Virus record (IMG/VR): IMGVR_UViG_3300032116_001049
Span: 1 to 28,179 of that record
Reading direction: 5' to 3' (one strand)
From: a virus
Taxonomy: Duplodnaviria; Caudoviricetes
DNA: 28,179 bases
Both the position numbers and the translations under genes were made by a program. Below are positions 1 to 10,241 of the stretch, piece by piece. Under the pieces are notes generated by a model, which was not told the origin of the DNA, made no database searches, and worked only from the letters and a program-made list of their open reading frames with translations. Position 1 is the stretch's first letter. Every line of letters begins with the position of its first letter.

Positions 1-535
1 CTGGGTCTGTCACCACCGAAGACGATGAGGCCGTGTGCGTATGCGATACCACAATCGCATTTGCAGAGCCGCCTGTGCCATTGACCGCATAGGTCGAACC
101 AGCACCCACAATAAACCGGTCTCTGAGATCAGGCGTTCCGTTGTTACCGTTACACAATACCCAGCCCGCAGGGATTGAGCCGATAGAGCCGGACCAAAGA
201 ACAATCACGCCTGCGGGAGTGGGTGTCGGTGGAGATGGCGCAACCCCAATAATTCCATAGAGGTTGTCATAGGTTTGGATAGTTACATCATCCGAATCCT
301 TGAGAACAAACTTGTAGAAGTAGCCCTCGTCAAGCCAGATGGTCGAAGGGGGTCTGCCGTCCGTTCCCAAGATGATCGGGTTGGTGTTCGCAATAAGCCC
401 ATTGACATCCGTGTAGGTTGGAAACGGTGTCGTTGATCCTGCTTGGTAGGTATAGATTCTTCCCGCATTGAGGGGCAACCCATCATTGCTGAAAAATTGG
501 AATCCGTTGCCTACTGGTGAAAGATTGACTGCCAT
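1..535 (-). CDS. Tail fibre, N-terminal part (head-binding-like domain plus tail collar domain); runs off the window
   Basis: Not in the ORF track. Manual translation from ATG at 535: MAVNLSPVGNGFQFFSNDGLPLNAGRIYTYQAGSTTP...NTNPIILGTDGRPPSTIWL...PAGVIVLWSGSIGSIPAGWVLCNGNNGTPDLRDRFIVGAG...SHTHT. No stop before position 1. The GWxLCNG..TPDLRDRFIVGAG motif is typical of phage tail collar domains. Confidence 0.85.
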   Translation of the reverse strand, partial: MAVNLSPVGNGFQFFSNDGLPLNAGRIYTYQAGSTTPFPTYTDVNGLIANTNPIILGTDGRPPSTIWLDEGYFYKFVLKDSDDVTIQTYDNLYGIIGVAPSPPTPTPAGVIVLWSGSIGSIPAGWVLCNGNNGTPDLRDRFIVGAGSTYAVNGTGGSANAIVVSHTHTASSSSVVTDP

Positions 536-537
536 GA

Positions 538-2709
538 TTAGTCCTTACCGATGTCTTTGAGTTTAGTTTTTGCCCCCGCCAACGGTTCCAGCGTTTTTTC
601 CGTTTCTTTGGCCGCTTTTCTTGCAGACAATTTTTCGCGCCCAAGTGTAGCAACCGGCACAGGGATTCCAGTCTTGCTCATTACGGTCAGATTGATGCCC
701 TGCTCCGCAGCGCCTGCGGCCTGCTCTGCCAATGCGCCGACAAGGGTTCCGCTTCTATTGAAGAACGAACCGCTCGGAGATGATTTAACCCGCTTGGCCA
801 CATCGCCCAAGACCCGCATGGTTTGAACGGTCTCGCCTGGGAAGATGTCCAAGAGTTTCGGTTCCATCGCCTTAAACTCTTTGGCATAGGCCGCAGGACT
901 GAAGTCGCCATTTGCGTTCACCGCCTTGTCGCGGATGCGTTGCACCACCGCCGCGGCCAAGACCTGTTTTTGATCTTCGCCAAGGTTCTGGATCATCTGC
1001 TTGAGTTGCGCCTGAGTTCCCCGTGCGCCAAACAAGAAAGTGTCCGCAAACCGCTCGTCAGCGACCTTGTTGTCAATAGCGGCTTTATACGCGGGGTCGG
1101 CTTTAATCCGCTCAAACCGGTTCCGAGCCGCAGACCTCGCCTCGTCTGCCAATGACTTGAGCCCCGCCGCTTGTTTGCTCAACGGAAGTTTCTCAAGTTC
1201 ATCAATTAGCAACGATGCGGCCATGCGGACATTGCCATCGCTTGAAGTTCTGGCGGTTGTCCCAAGGTTGCGGCGCAAGTTCTGATAAGTCTCAAAGTCC
1301 ATTGCGCCAGACTCAGCCAAGTCTTTTAGTTCTCTAAACTCGGGCAAGTCTTTCTCAGCAAGCCTAAACAGAAGGTTCTTTTTAAGAGCCTTTTCTGAGT
1401 TGCCATAAAGCGCCTTTACATCGACCGGAAACTGTCCGCCAGCCGCATCCCGCAGGGCCGTATATTTGGCATCAATGTCTGCGGTTAACTGGTTGTCTAG
1501 TTGCTGATAGGCGTTCTTGAGCGTGTTGCCAATGGCCACCGGACGGGTGTCAAACACATCCGGCGCGGCCATATCTCGCAGAGCATCAAGGTTTTCCACC
1601 AATGCCCTGTTCTGCTCGTTGAACCGGTATGCCAGTTCAGGATTCTTGCCCCGCTGGTTGTATTCCCGACTGAGCGCAATGATGTCGCCGGTAGCCTGTC
1701 CAGCAGTTAGTTGCACCGGAACGGGAAGATTTAGAGCCTCGGCATGGGCCTCGATGACCGCAGGATTGCCCTTCTTCCAGCCAAGTTCTCGAGCCTGCGC
1801 CCGATAGGCTTCTGGAAGCGCATTAACCGCGGCCTCGAATCTAGTCTGGTCAGCACGGCCAGCCGCGCCAACACTTCGCATCCCAATGCCTTCGAGGGCA
1901 GGAGCGGTGGCGGCTTTTACATCGCCAGGAATTGCCTTGGTGGCCGCGGCAACCTCTTGTCCGGTCTGAGCGACATAGCCTGGGAGCGCCCTCGGAGAAA
2001 CAATCGGGGCGGTTCTGACCCGCCCAAGAGCCACCAATTCAGGCGCTGGAGCGGCGGGCAATGCCCCAAATATCTGACCAAGACCGGCAACCGCCTCTTG
2101 GCCGACTTCGGTGCGCGGCGCAAAGGTCATGGACTCCATGCGCTCTTTGAAGACTTTTTCTTTTGGTTGCTTTGAGCCGAGAGCCCGAGCCGCCAGTTCT
2201 TCGTATGCCGCAATCGGAGCCGCAATTGCGCCCGTGGCGGTGGTCAATGCGGCCTCGCCAGCACCGACTAGGTAATCTTTTATCGACCGAGACTTGCGGG
2301 GGGCAGGCTGATCACGCACCAATCCCATCGGCCCCATGGTTGGCACTTCGGCTTGACGGGAGGCTTCTGCTGCCTGCGCCTGTTGTTTTTGCCGCGTGTC
2401 GAGTTCTTGAATGCGAGAGGAGAAAATTTGATTGACATCTGTCGGGGCAGACGGAGTCTTTGGAGCGTTTCTAATGCGGTCATCAAAAATGTCCATGACC
2501 GGATCAGGAGGGCCACCAACGCCGGAAACCTGAATGACAGGAGACCCACCAACGCGCTCAAAAAACTTGCTGCGCACCTCAATTGGATAGGCGTTAAAGG
2601 TCTCGGGATTGGTCAAAATGTCCCGAGGGTTGATCCCCATGTCCATCATCGCCCGAGTGGCCTTGTTGACCATGTCGGGCGTTAGATTCTCATGCCGGAA
2701 TTGATCCAT
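538..2709 (-). CDS. Large internal virion/DNA ejection protein (P22 gp16-like position)
   Basis: 723-aa Ala-rich, helical-looking ORF; third of three consecutive genes after the GNAT gene, matching the P22 gp7-gp20-gp16 order. Call is positional. Confidence 0.6.
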   Translation of the reverse strand: MDQFRHENLTPDMVNKATRAMMDMGINPRDILTNPETFNAYPIEVRSKFFERVGGSPVIQVSGVGGPPDPVMDIFDDRIRNAPKTPSAPTDVNQIFSSRIQELDTRQKQQAQAAEASRQAEVPTMGPMGLVRDQPAPRKSRSIKDYLVGAGEAALTTATGAIAAPIAAYEELAARALGSKQPKEKVFKERMESMTFAPRTEVGQEAVAGLGQIFGALPAAPAPELVALGRVRTAPIVSPRALPGYVAQTGQEVAAATKAIPGDVKAATAPALEGIGMRSVGAAGRADQTRFEAAVNALPEAYRAQARELGWKKGNPAVIEAHAEALNLPVPVQLTAGQATGDIIALSREYNQRGKNPELAYRFNEQNRALVENLDALRDMAAPDVFDTRPVAIGNTLKNAYQQLDNQLTADIDAKYTALRDAAGGQFPVDVKALYGNSEKALKKNLLFRLAEKDLPEFRELKDLAESGAMDFETYQNLRRNLGTTARTSSDGNVRMAASLLIDELEKLPLSKQAAGLKSLADEARSAARNRFERIKADPAYKAAIDNKVADERFADTFLFGARGTQAQLKQMIQNLGEDQKQVLAAAVVQRIRDKAVNANGDFSPAAYAKEFKAMEPKLLDIFPGETVQTMRVLGDVAKRVKSSPSGSFFNRSGTLVGALAEQAAGAAEQGINLTVMSKTGIPVPVATLGREKLSARKAAKETEKTLEPLAGAKTKLKDIGKD

Positions 2710-4067
2710 TATCGGAGGGTTCCTGTGCGGGTAAGTTTTTCAATCGCCTGATATTTCCGCTGAAGTTCGCGCAGTTCTTCTTGATTGTTGGGCAGAATCT
2801 TATCAAGCGCCGCCTTTTGAGCCGCTGGATCGCGCACATCGCGCAAGATAGCCATCACCTCAAAATTTCTAAGGTCAGAGTTTTGCGACCATGCCTGCTG
2901 GAAGTCCGCAAGGTTGGCATCGCCAAACCGCCGCGCAAACTCTTGAGCGCCACGGGTGCGGGCATCAACCTCTGTTAATTCGCCACGGAGCCTGCGGGCA
3001 ATCTTGATTAGCACATCGGGCGGATAAGTTGCGTCACCGGTTCCAGCGGCTACTTGGGCGGTCTGCTGGTCGGTGGCGGCGTTGTTTGCCTTATTGATTG
3101 CCATCTGAACTTGGGCAATGTCTTTGGCTAGTTCTTTGTATCGGGCATCGCCAAGATTTTGCCGTAGTGCGCGCTCAATGTCAGCGGCCCTTCCCGTTTG
3201 GAACCGCACATCTTTGGCAAGGTCATCTGCAATTCGGATGATTTCCCCAACGCTTCTATTTCCGCGAGGCACTTCTGCCTGCGCTTCCAACAAGGTCGTG
3301 CGAGTTTTTTCCCCCGATGTTCTTGCGCTTTCCTCGCCTGGAGCCATCGGACGAATGTCGCCAGCCGGTCGGACGGGGAATCGAATGGGGAAACCTGCGC
3401 CTTGCGGTGCGGCTTGTTGCCGGATTGGTGCGGTCATATCCGGAGAAGTAACACCCCGAGGCGCGGCTTGAGGTTGACCCGCAGGGGCGGCTTGAGGAGC
3501 GGCCTGCGGTGCGCCTTGAATTGGCACAGGCGTTAGCGTTCCAGAGCCGCGTCTAAATGCCGCAGGAGCGCCTGCCTGTGTGGTCAGTTCTGGGGTTTGG
3601 AGGCCAAGTTGTGAGGCTGGTCCAGCCGCTGACTGGATGACATTATCAAAGTATTGGGCCATCGCCTTGGGGTTCTGCATGGCGATTCCCGTTGCCGTTG
3701 CGGCCATCCGCTCTACCGTGGAGCGGGGGATGCCAAGATTAGCCGCCTTTGCTTTGATTTCATCAAGCGCAGAAAGCGCCGCATCAGAGTTGCCAGATGA
3801 GATACGGGGGTCGTTTCGATACCCTCCGATGATGGTCATCAGTTGAGCATTTTGGTCTTTTGACAAGTTAAACAAAGCCTGCTCTTGGCCAGTTTTTGCG
3901 GTTTGAGTTGCAATCCGCGCTTGCTCTGCTTGCTCGGGGAATACTTGCTCGGCCTGCTGGTAGGCTTGCATTCCACGGGCAAAGTTAAGCATTTCCGGCA
4001 GGCTCATTGTTGGGGTGGTTTTAACCCCCAAAGAGATTGACGGGTCAATGTTGATGTTCTTGGCCAT
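2709..4067 (-). CDS. Internal virion/DNA ejection protein (P22 gp20-like position)
   Basis: 452-aa Gln/Ala-rich ORF; stop overlaps the next start (TAATG); synteny with P22-like ejection genes. Confidence 0.6.
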   Translation of the reverse strand: MAKNINIDPSISLGVKTTPTMSLPEMLNFARGMQAYQQAEQVFPEQAEQARIATQTAKTGQEQALFNLSKDQNAQLMTIIGGYRNDPRISSGNSDAALSALDEIKAKAANLGIPRSTVERMAATATGIAMQNPKAMAQYFDNVIQSAAGPASQLGLQTPELTTQAGAPAAFRRGSGTLTPVPIQGAPQAAPQAAPAGQPQAAPRGVTSPDMTAPIRQQAAPQGAGFPIRFPVRPAGDIRPMAPGEESARTSGEKTRTTLLEAQAEVPRGNRSVGEIIRIADDLAKDVRFQTGRAADIERALRQNLGDARYKELAKDIAQVQMAINKANNAATDQQTAQVAAGTGDATYPPDVLIKIARRLRGELTEVDARTRGAQEFARRFGDANLADFQQAWSQNSDLRNFEVMAILRDVRDPAAQKAALDKILPNNQEELRELQRKYQAIEKLTRTGTLR

Positions 4068-4076
4068 GATTAGTCC

Positions 4077-4805
4077 TTAACCAACATTCATCATCAGAGG
4101 GGTGGACATTGCCGCCGCTGGGGTCGCTACTTGTGCCACCGGTTGCGGCTTCATTAAAGATGACAAAAATGCCATGTTGCCGATGTTTCCAAAGGCTCCG
4201 CCGTACGCATTTGCCGCACCAACCTGTCCTGCCGCTTGAGCCGCAGCCTGTCCTGTAAGCAGACCAGTCTGTTGCGCCGCAAGGTTTTGCGCTGATTGAA
4301 CGCCGGTGTTGGTTGCGTTTTGACCCATTCCAGCAATGTTTCCAAGAATGTTGTAAATGTTGGTTCGTTCTTGTTGCGCTCGGTTGAAAGCGTTGGCGTA
4401 TTCGGTCGAGGCAAGGTCTTGACCAAATTCTGTCAATGACCGCAAGGTGTTTCCACTTAACAAACCGCCGCCAACATTTCGGGCTCTCTCTGTTGCTTGC
4501 GTTCCATACTTCATCCTAAATGCCATGCTTGGGTCGAGATATTGGGCGAGTTGTTCTTCGCCAAACTGACCAGTTAAATATGGCCGCATTGCTCCGATGT
4601 CTCGCAGAGCCGTGTAACCAGTCTCTCGATAAGGGGCAAGGTCTCCACGGGCAATGTCATACATCTCCCGCTCTTGCGCCATCGCTCGGTCAGCCGCTGC
4701 CGCCTGAGTTCGCGCCGCATCTTTTGCTGCTTTTGCCTGCATCCCAGCGCCAACAAGGCCAGCGCCTGCGCTTAGTGCTAAAGCGGTTCCGGTTGCAATA
4801 GCCAT
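4077..4805 (-). CDS. DNA transfer/ejection protein (P22 gp7-like)
   Basis: Hydrophobic Gly/Ala N-terminus, AAKDAARTQAAAA, DLAPYRETG, GGGLLSGNTLRSL..FGQDLASTEY; pattern typical of gp7-like pilot proteins. Confidence 0.75.
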   Translation of the reverse strand: MAIATGTALALSAGAGLVGAGMQAKAAKDAARTQAAAADRAMAQEREMYDIARGDLAPYRETGYTALRDIGAMRPYLTGQFGEEQLAQYLDPSMAFRMKYGTQATERARNVGGGLLSGNTLRSLTEFGQDLASTEYANAFNRAQQERTNIYNILGNIAGMGQNATNTGVQSAQNLAAQQTGLLTGQAAAQAAGQVGAANAYGGAFGNIGNMAFLSSLMKPQPVAQVATPAAAMSTPLMMNVG

Positions 4806-5290
4806 TATTCGATTCCCTTCATAAATGTCCGCTCCATCGGCTCAAATCCGGCGCGGAAATAGACTTTTTCCATCTTGTCTGCCCGCTCATCTTCTAGGGC
4901 AATCATAAACATGGTCTTTGCACCGCGTTCCTTTGCCCATAATTGTAAGTGTTTGAACATCTTATTCCCAGCCCCCGAGCCTCTTGCCGCGGGGGTTAGC
5001 CACCACCAAAGTTCTTGGGCGACCTTATGCGAGGGCGAGAAATATAGGGGATATGCAAGGCCACCAGTTATCCCGACAATCTCCCCGTTAACCTCGGCAA
5101 GCAGGGCGCACATATCGGGGTTTTGCATCGCACCACGCAAGAAGATTTCAAACCCTTTGGGCTCAAACTCGCAGACCTTTTGCATGGGCGAGGCTTTATG
5201 AAAGTCTGCGCTCAGTTGCAAATAAACCGGCACATCGGCCTCGGTGGCCTTTCGCACGGTTATCAGGTGCTGGGTGTCAGATAGGTTCAT
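4805..5290 (-). CDS. GNAT-family acetyltransferase (P22 gp14-like position)
   Basis: N-terminal VRKATEAD; acetyl-CoA motif A in WWLTPAARGSGAG; C-terminal YFRAGF. Confidence 0.85.
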   Translation of the reverse strand: MNLSDTQHLITVRKATEADVPVYLQLSADFHKASPMQKVCEFEPKGFEIFLRGAMQNPDMCALLAEVNGEIVGITGGLAYPLYFSPSHKVAQELWWWLTPAARGSGAGNKMFKHLQLWAKERGAKTMFMIALEDERADKMEKVYFRAGFEPMERTFMKGIE

Positions 5291-5505
5291 GGGTTGTAGT
5301 AAGGCACTTTCTTAGATTCGCCGTTAACAGTCACCTCGATAAACCCCGCAGGGGCCGCAGGCAGAGTCGCGGAGCCAGCGGTCGCGGTGGTGGCGCTGGA
5401 GAAGTTCAGGAGGTTCAAAAAGAACAGTTGCCATGCCCGCGTTGGCCTTTGGGTCTGATCAATCATTGGGGCGGTCGGTATCCGCTGGTTCTGAGGGGTA
5501 GCCAT
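5287..5505 (-). CDS. Small tail protein, possible minimal tail needle/plug (gp26 position)
   Basis: 72 aa between the gp10-like and GNAT genes, coupled at both ends; fibre-tip-like C-terminus ATAGSATLPAAPAGFIEVTVNGESKKVPYY. Confidence 0.5.
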   Translation of the reverse strand: MATPQNQRIPTAPMIDQTQRPTRAWQLFFLNLLNFSSATTATAGSATLPAAPAGFIEVTVNGESKKVPYYNP

Positions 5506-7379
5506 TAGTTCTCCCCCGCCTCGGCTTTGAGGTTCGCAGAGACAATCACCGCCTTCACAGGATCAGAAATTGATACCTCGAAAACCTTGTCCCGCGACCA
5601 ACCCAACCGCCGCCAGATGGCGCGGTTCTGATACTTGCCCTGCTTTCCGATACTGGTCCAGTATTCATTAGACCAAGTCGAGCCGCCGTCATTCGACCAG
5701 CGGAGCATTGCTTGGGGGTCTTCGCCCTGCCCCGAGGATAGTCCAACCCCAGGCTGGAACTGGATTTGAAGTTCATGGAAATACTGCCGCTGAAGGTCCG
5801 AAGTGATATGCGGAGCCCGCCTAATCCTGCGGATGGGGGCGCCGTCATCGGTATAAAAGTTGCGCCCCAGTTGGTAAATCTTGCCGTTTTCGTAATCCCC
5901 AACCAAGACTTGCTGGTTGAAGAATGCGCAACAGTTCCCCCGATGCCGCTCAAACTGGTTGAGGGTGTTCCGATAGAGCCACTTATGCCATAGGCCGGTG
6001 GTGTTGTCATAGGCCCAAGTCAGACCGTTTTCTCCAATCGAGGGGAAGGTCACCACATAGACCTCATGCCCTTCGAGTTGGTAGGTCCACGCAAGAGCGT
6101 CAGAGACATTCTGGTTGACCAAGGTCGTTTCGACCGCATGGGTGGAGATTCTCTCGGGAAAATATCCATTCATGCGCACAATCATGGCCTCGCCACGGTT
6201 GTTCTTGGAGACATAAGCAAAGGAGTTCCCCATTCGAGCGCAGGACCACTTTGCGGCGATTCCCTGCTGAGTCGAGGTGCCTGGGATGCGGGTAAAGGGA
6301 AACGGAACGCCACCGGAGTCAATCCAGACCTCGGATGACATCTCCCCAAGAAGATAGACCTCCCGCCGGTCAACAATGACCGCCACTAGATCATCTGGTG
6401 ATCCATCTTTTGATGCAAAAGATAGGGGGTCGGTAATCGGGGAGAGTAGGTCAGAGGCAGCCCAAAGTTGCGAGTTGGGTTTGTTGTAAAGGAAATAGTT
6501 GTCGGTAATGTCCACCGTGCCGCCGCCCTCGAAGGGACCGTCATTGGCAGGCAGAACCGTCCAGTTGATTGAGTAGACCGTGGCGCTTGCCGCCGTCTGG
6601 GAGGCGCTGACCTTGTAGGTTCCGGTCGAGCCAGCCGTTCCGGTCAGTTGCTCAACAATGATTGTCCCATCGGTGACATTCGCACCCTCTAGGGTCTGCC
6701 CAACCGCCAAGGTTCCGCTAGAGACCGCAGAAACCGTCATGGTCGTGCCAGAAATTGATGCAGTAAACACCGCAGGGGCCGCGACCGAGTTAATCGTGGT
6801 CGAGGTGACTGTCTGCGAGGCGCTGACCGTATAGGTTCCCGCTCCGCCGGTTCCCGTTCCAAGGGCGGTGATTACGGTGTTTGCGGTCACTCCCTGCCCA
6901 AAAATAGCCTGCCCGACCGCAATCGTCCCAGATAGGACTGAGGTCACGGTCAGGGTGGTGGTGCTGATTGAGCCAGTAAAAATGGCCGATGAGGGGCTGG
7001 AAATTAGCCAAGTGTAGCGATAGGCATCGTCCACAATGTAGACATTGACCCCGTTGTCCACAATCCCGACCAGTCCGGTCGAGGTGTTCATTTGCCCGAT
7101 GCACTTGGGTGCATAGTCTGATTCCATCACATAGACAAAATCCCCGCAGACGGTGACCACTTGCTGGCCACCAGAAAGGGTGCGGATTCCACGCACTTCT
7201 TCCTGATTGGGAAGGATCGCAACGGTCTCTAAGCCTGGGGTCGGATAAAGCGCAATGATGCCCCTCTCACCCTGCGCTTTGGTCGGATCAATCTCAGGAT
7301 AGAAATTGATGCACTCTTGCGCATCTTGGTAAATAGAGGGCGCTTCGTAAGCCGCGCCGACAAAGCCGAAATCCGGCAT
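5505..7379 (-). CDS. Tail hub/DNA stabilization protein (P22 gp10-like)
   Basis: Start reassigned to ATG 7379 ([21 protein letters not shown]), which overlaps the upstream TAA. C-terminal [42 protein letters not shown] is characteristic of gp10-like proteins. Confidence 0.88.
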   Translation of the reverse strand: MPDFGFVGAAYEAPSIYQDAQECINFYPEIDPTKAQGERGIIALYPTPGLETVAILPNQEEVRGIRTLSGGQQVVTVCGDFVYVMESDYAPKCIGQMNTSTGLVGIVDNGVNVYIVDDAYRYTWLISSPSSAIFTGSISTTTLTVTSVLSGTIAVGQAIFGQGVTANTVITALGTGTGGAGTYTVSASQTVTSTTINSVAAPAVFTASISGTTMTVSAVSSGTLAVGQTLEGANVTDGTIIVEQLTGTAGSTGTYKVSASQTAASATVYSINWTVLPANDGPFEGGGTVDITDNYFLYNKPNSQLWAASDLLSPITDPLSFASKDGSPDDLVAVIVDRREVYLLGEMSSEVWIDSGGVPFPFTRIPGTSTQQGIAAKWSCARMGNSFAYVSKNNRGEAMIVRMNGYFPERISTHAVETTLVNQNVSDALAWTYQLEGHEVYVVTFPSIGENGLTWAYDNTTGLWHKWLYRNTLNQFERHRGNCCAFFNQQVLVGDYENGKIYQLGRNFYTDDGAPIRRIRRAPHITSDLQRQYFHELQIQFQPGVGLSSGQGEDPQAMLRWSNDGGSTWSNEYWTSIGKQGKYQNRAIWRRLGWSRDKVFEVSISDPVKAVIVSANLKAEAGEN

Positions 7380-8344
7380 TAAAAGCCTCCGGTCAAAATC
7401 CAGCCCGCATCTGCTCTCTTGCCCACAATCAGCGTGTCCTCGAACCTTGCGACCTGAACGGGGCGCATATTGGTGCGCTTGATCGTTGCCTTCGCATGGC
7501 CAGCAAACCCGTTGATCATCTGAATTTGGGTCGGGCTCGCCTTTCCATACATGGGCATGAGCCGCTCGGCAAGACACCAGCGCAGGGCCATGAAATAGCC
7601 TTGGGGGATGATGATTTCGTCATTGATCGAGCCAAACCGCTGGAAAAGGGTGTCCGCAAAGATATGCATCTCGCCTTGCGAGGGGTTTGGCCAGACCGTA
7701 ATCGTTCCCAAAGTCTCGCTTGGTTGGTAGTAAAGCGCACGGGGCCACGGGCCGTTCAGGGTCTTCAATCCGATGAGTTCGTAGTTCTCAAGGTTGAGAA
7801 TCGTGATCGGGTAGTCCAGACCGCCGTTTAGGATGGGTTGCCCGTTCTCGTTGGTGTTGACCCGCACAAACGCAGAGTTGATCGAGAGAGGGCGCTCATA
7901 GAACGCAGAGATGGTGGTCGAGGCGGCGGTCTGGGAGATGTTGACGGTGTAGGTTCCGTCTGAGTTCACATTCCCACCAGCACCCGAGCCGAACCGCACA
8001 ATCTTGGTCCCCGCAGCGATACCGGAGCCAGAGAGGGTCATTCCGAGAGCGATTGCGCCGTCAGAGACATCGGTGACCGTAAGGGTCGTCCCCGAAATGG
8101 AGCCGGTCAGCGTTCCGCCGATTTGGCCCCCAGGGCCGATGGTGTATTGGGTTTGTCCTTGGGTCAGGGTAAAGATGATCTCGGTCTTGTAGAAGACCAT
8201 CATCTGCTCGTTTGACCATTGGTCGAGCATATCGTTGAGCATATCGAATGCGTCTTGCGCATCCGCAGGGGCGGGGGTCTCGCCAGCCTCAAGAGCCCCG
8301 ATGTCTTTGAGAGCGCGGGAGATGATGTCAATGGGCTGGGTCAT
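7379..8344 (-). CDS. Head-tail adaptor (P22 gp4-like) with an inserted beta-rich module
   Basis: N-terminal [32 protein letters not shown]; C-terminal [16 protein letters not shown]; lies directly before the gp10-like gene. Confidence 0.8.
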   Translation of the reverse strand: MTQPIDIISRALKDIGALEAGETPAPADAQDAFDMLNDMLDQWSNEQMMVFYKTEIIFTLTQGQTQYTIGPGGQIGGTLTGSISGTTLTVTDVSDGAIALGMTLSGSGIAAGTKIVRFGSGAGGNVNSDGTYTVNISQTAASTTISAFYERPLSINSAFVRVNTNENGQPILNGGLDYPITILNLENYELIGLKTLNGPWPRALYYQPSETLGTITVWPNPSQGEMHIFADTLFQRFGSINDEIIIPQGYFMALRWCLAERLMPMYGKASPTQIQMINGFAGHAKATIKRTNMRPVQVARFEDTLIVGKRADAGWILTGGF

Positions 8345-8351
8345 GGTTCAC

Positions 8352-8672
8352 CTATATTTTCGGGGTATAGACCTGGGGCAACCACGGCGCAACCACCGGA
8401 ATTTGGTCTTGCAAGGCCGCTAGTTGCTCCTCTAGCCTAGATGTTATTAGATTTTTACCATCGCGGATAGCCTCTTGATTGATCCAATCAATGACCATCT
8501 GCTCGGTGACTTCGAGATAGGGGGTGACTTCTCCCTCGGGGTCGCGGAACTTCCAGTTTCCTTCGGTCTCGACCCGTTGGCCGTCTTCCTCAATTGCGCA
8601 GAAGTATTTTGCCGACTTGATGACCCCATCGGTCGCACCAATGTCCAAAATCTTCCAAGTGTATTTGATCAT
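8352..8672 (-). CDS. Hypothetical phage protein (tail-fibre-associated)
   Basis: 106-aa acidic ORF with YTWKI and TPYLEVTEQMVIDWI; ATGA-coupled to the upstream gene. Confidence 0.7.
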   Translation of the reverse strand: MIKYTWKILDIGATDGVIKSAKYFCAIEEDGQRVETEGNWKFRDPEGEVTPYLEVTEQMVIDWINQEAIRDGKNLITSRLEEQLAALQDQIPVVAPWLPQVYTPKI

Positions 8673-8833
8673 GGTTGCACCTCATCTGCTGGTTCTGGTG
8701 TGTTGCCTTCTGCAAGCCACTCTTGGAATGGTGGATGATCTTCAGTGCAAGTCAGTCGGCATAGTCCGTCATCGTCAATCCGAGCGTAGATTTGTGGTTC
8801 ACCCTCAACGATAGGAAGCGTTTTGAAAATCAT
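8669..8833 (-). CDS. Small tail fibre assembly chaperone-like protein (54 aa)
   Basis: Not in the ORF track. MIFKTLPIVEGEPQIYARIDDDGLCRLTCTEDHPPFQEWLAEGNTPEPADEVQP; the WLAEGNTPEPAD motif is common in small proteins following fibre genes; GAGG upstream; ATGA overlap with the next gene. Confidence 0.78.
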   Translation of the reverse strand: MIFKTLPIVEGEPQIYARIDDDGLCRLTCTEDHPPFQEWLAEGNTPEPADEVQP

Positions 8834-8841
8834 CTTTTACC

Positions 8842-9957
8842 TCACAGTTCTGCGGAAAAGCCAAGAAACGCTCCCGTAGCGGCAGACCTTCCTTGACCTC
8901 CGTTACCAACCGTTAGCCCCGAAGCAACAGGAAAAGCAACTTGGGACGCAAAAGCGGTTGCGTTAATAAATGTAGGAACACTATTACAGACCGTATTTCC
9001 AGCAACAAACACTTGATAATTACCAGCGGTTCCTGTTTGCTCTAATGCTGATGGACTTGTCCGCATTGTTGTCTGAAATGGAACTAATAACCTAAAACTA
9101 GTTGTTGCTTGTGAATATCCGCCAGCAAAAGGACTACCATTATCAGCAGTTATTCTATAATAATACCTCTGACATAGACTCAACTCAGTCCCGTAATCTC
9201 TGCGCTCAAACGGGGTTGCGACACTACCGACTTCTAGTTGGACTCCGGTGATGTAGAAGGTGGCTCCGTTGGTTCCGACTACGCTGGTTGCGCCTGTGGC
9301 TGAAACAAGATTTGAACCAGTCCAAGCACCAGCAGTGCCGCTGAATGTAGAACCTGTTCCGAGACTAAACTCAGTCCTAATGCCCGCTGAATTATCAGTC
9401 AACCAAGTGCCCGAAGTATCGCCAGCAATTGTTACTGTCTTATATTCAAAAGTGTTCGCTGAACTAATTGTGTAAGAAAAAGGGTAAGAACGATTGGCTG
9501 TTGAATTTCGTAACGACCCGCCAAATGTTCCAGTCAGACTTGAACGAACCCAAAACGACAATGTAACCGTTTTTGCGTCTGCGGTTCCCCAGCCAAGGTC
9601 AGCAATATTAAAACCTTCAATTAACTGACTAACGAAATAATAATCTCCCGCACCAACGCTTGTTGCCGCAGACGAGGTAAATAATAATGAGTTGGTAAAA
9701 CCATTTGGCGCTACTGTTGAGCGTTGCGTAGTTCCTTTGCTAGGATTAATCATTGTGAACTTAAAACGGTCGACAGGAAACACAGCATCGTTAGCAGTAA
9801 CACTCGCCCCAGCATTTCTCTGGTCAATCCTCATGTCACCATTGATAATGCGGTTGCGGAAGCCCTGCAAACTATCCGCAGTCGGGGTCATGCTATTGAT
9901 GGTGGCGGTGTTACCCCCGTTGGCATCCGTTACAGCGTTAACGGCAAGTGTGCTCAT
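8842..9957 (-). CDS. Tail fibre/receptor-binding subunit with a putative carbohydrate-binding-like domain
   Basis: FRNRIINGDMRIDQR...TLSFWVRSS...ITGVQLEVGSVATPFERRDYGTELSLCQRYY, a motif set typical of phage fibre domains. Confidence 0.75.
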   Translation of the reverse strand: MSTLAVNAVTDANGGNTATINSMTPTADSLQGFRNRIINGDMRIDQRNAGASVTANDAVFPVDRFKFTMINPSKGTTQRSTVAPNGFTNSLLFTSSAATSVGAGDYYFVSQLIEGFNIADLGWGTADAKTVTLSFWVRSSLTGTFGGSLRNSTANRSYPFSYTISSANTFEYKTVTIAGDTSGTWLTDNSAGIRTEFSLGTGSTFSGTAGAWTGSNLVSATGATSVVGTNGATFYITGVQLEVGSVATPFERRDYGTELSLCQRYYYRITADNGSPFAGGYSQATTSFRLLVPFQTTMRTSPSALEQTGTAGNYQVFVAGNTVCNSVPTFINATAFASQVAFPVASGLTVGNGGQGRSAATGAFLGFSAEL

Positions 9958-10241
9958 TTAGGAAACCTCGCTTTGATCTCAGCCACCTTTGCTTGCCAGT
10001 CTTCCATCGTGGCTTCACCTCGTTGTGCTTTGAAGAACAATGGGTCTGCTTCGGCTATGTAGGCTGCTTTGCGGTTGGCCTGTGCTTGTTCAGCGGCTTT
10101 AATGGGTTGCAAGCGTTGGATTTCAGCAGCGACCGCAGACTCGTCAATGGCTACCGAATTGCCATCCGTATCAAACGCACCAGCAGTATCGTCAATGGTG
10201 ACTACATTGGGGTAGAGATTGTAAATGGCTTCGTGTCTCAT
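9954..10241 (-). CDS. Tail fibre assembly chaperone-like protein
   Basis: Start reassigned to ATG 10241 (ATGA overlap). Ends RKAAYIAEADPLFFKAQRGE..WQAKVAEIKARFPK. Confidence 0.7.
   Translation of the reverse strand: MRHEAIYNLYPNVVTIDDTAGAFDTDGNSVAIDESAVAAEIQRLQPIKAAEQAQANRKAAYIAEADPLFFKAQRGEATMEDWQAKVAEIKARFPK

Noticed and set aside
3400-3520. QAAP/GAP short repeats in the gp20-like gene
   Set aside because: Ordinary low-complexity linker; the DNA repeats are degenerate.
7380-7577. 66-aa N-terminal extension of the gp10-like ORF in the track
   Set aside because: Overlaps the gp4-like gene; the family-like sequence starts at ATG 7379, which overlaps the upstream TAA.
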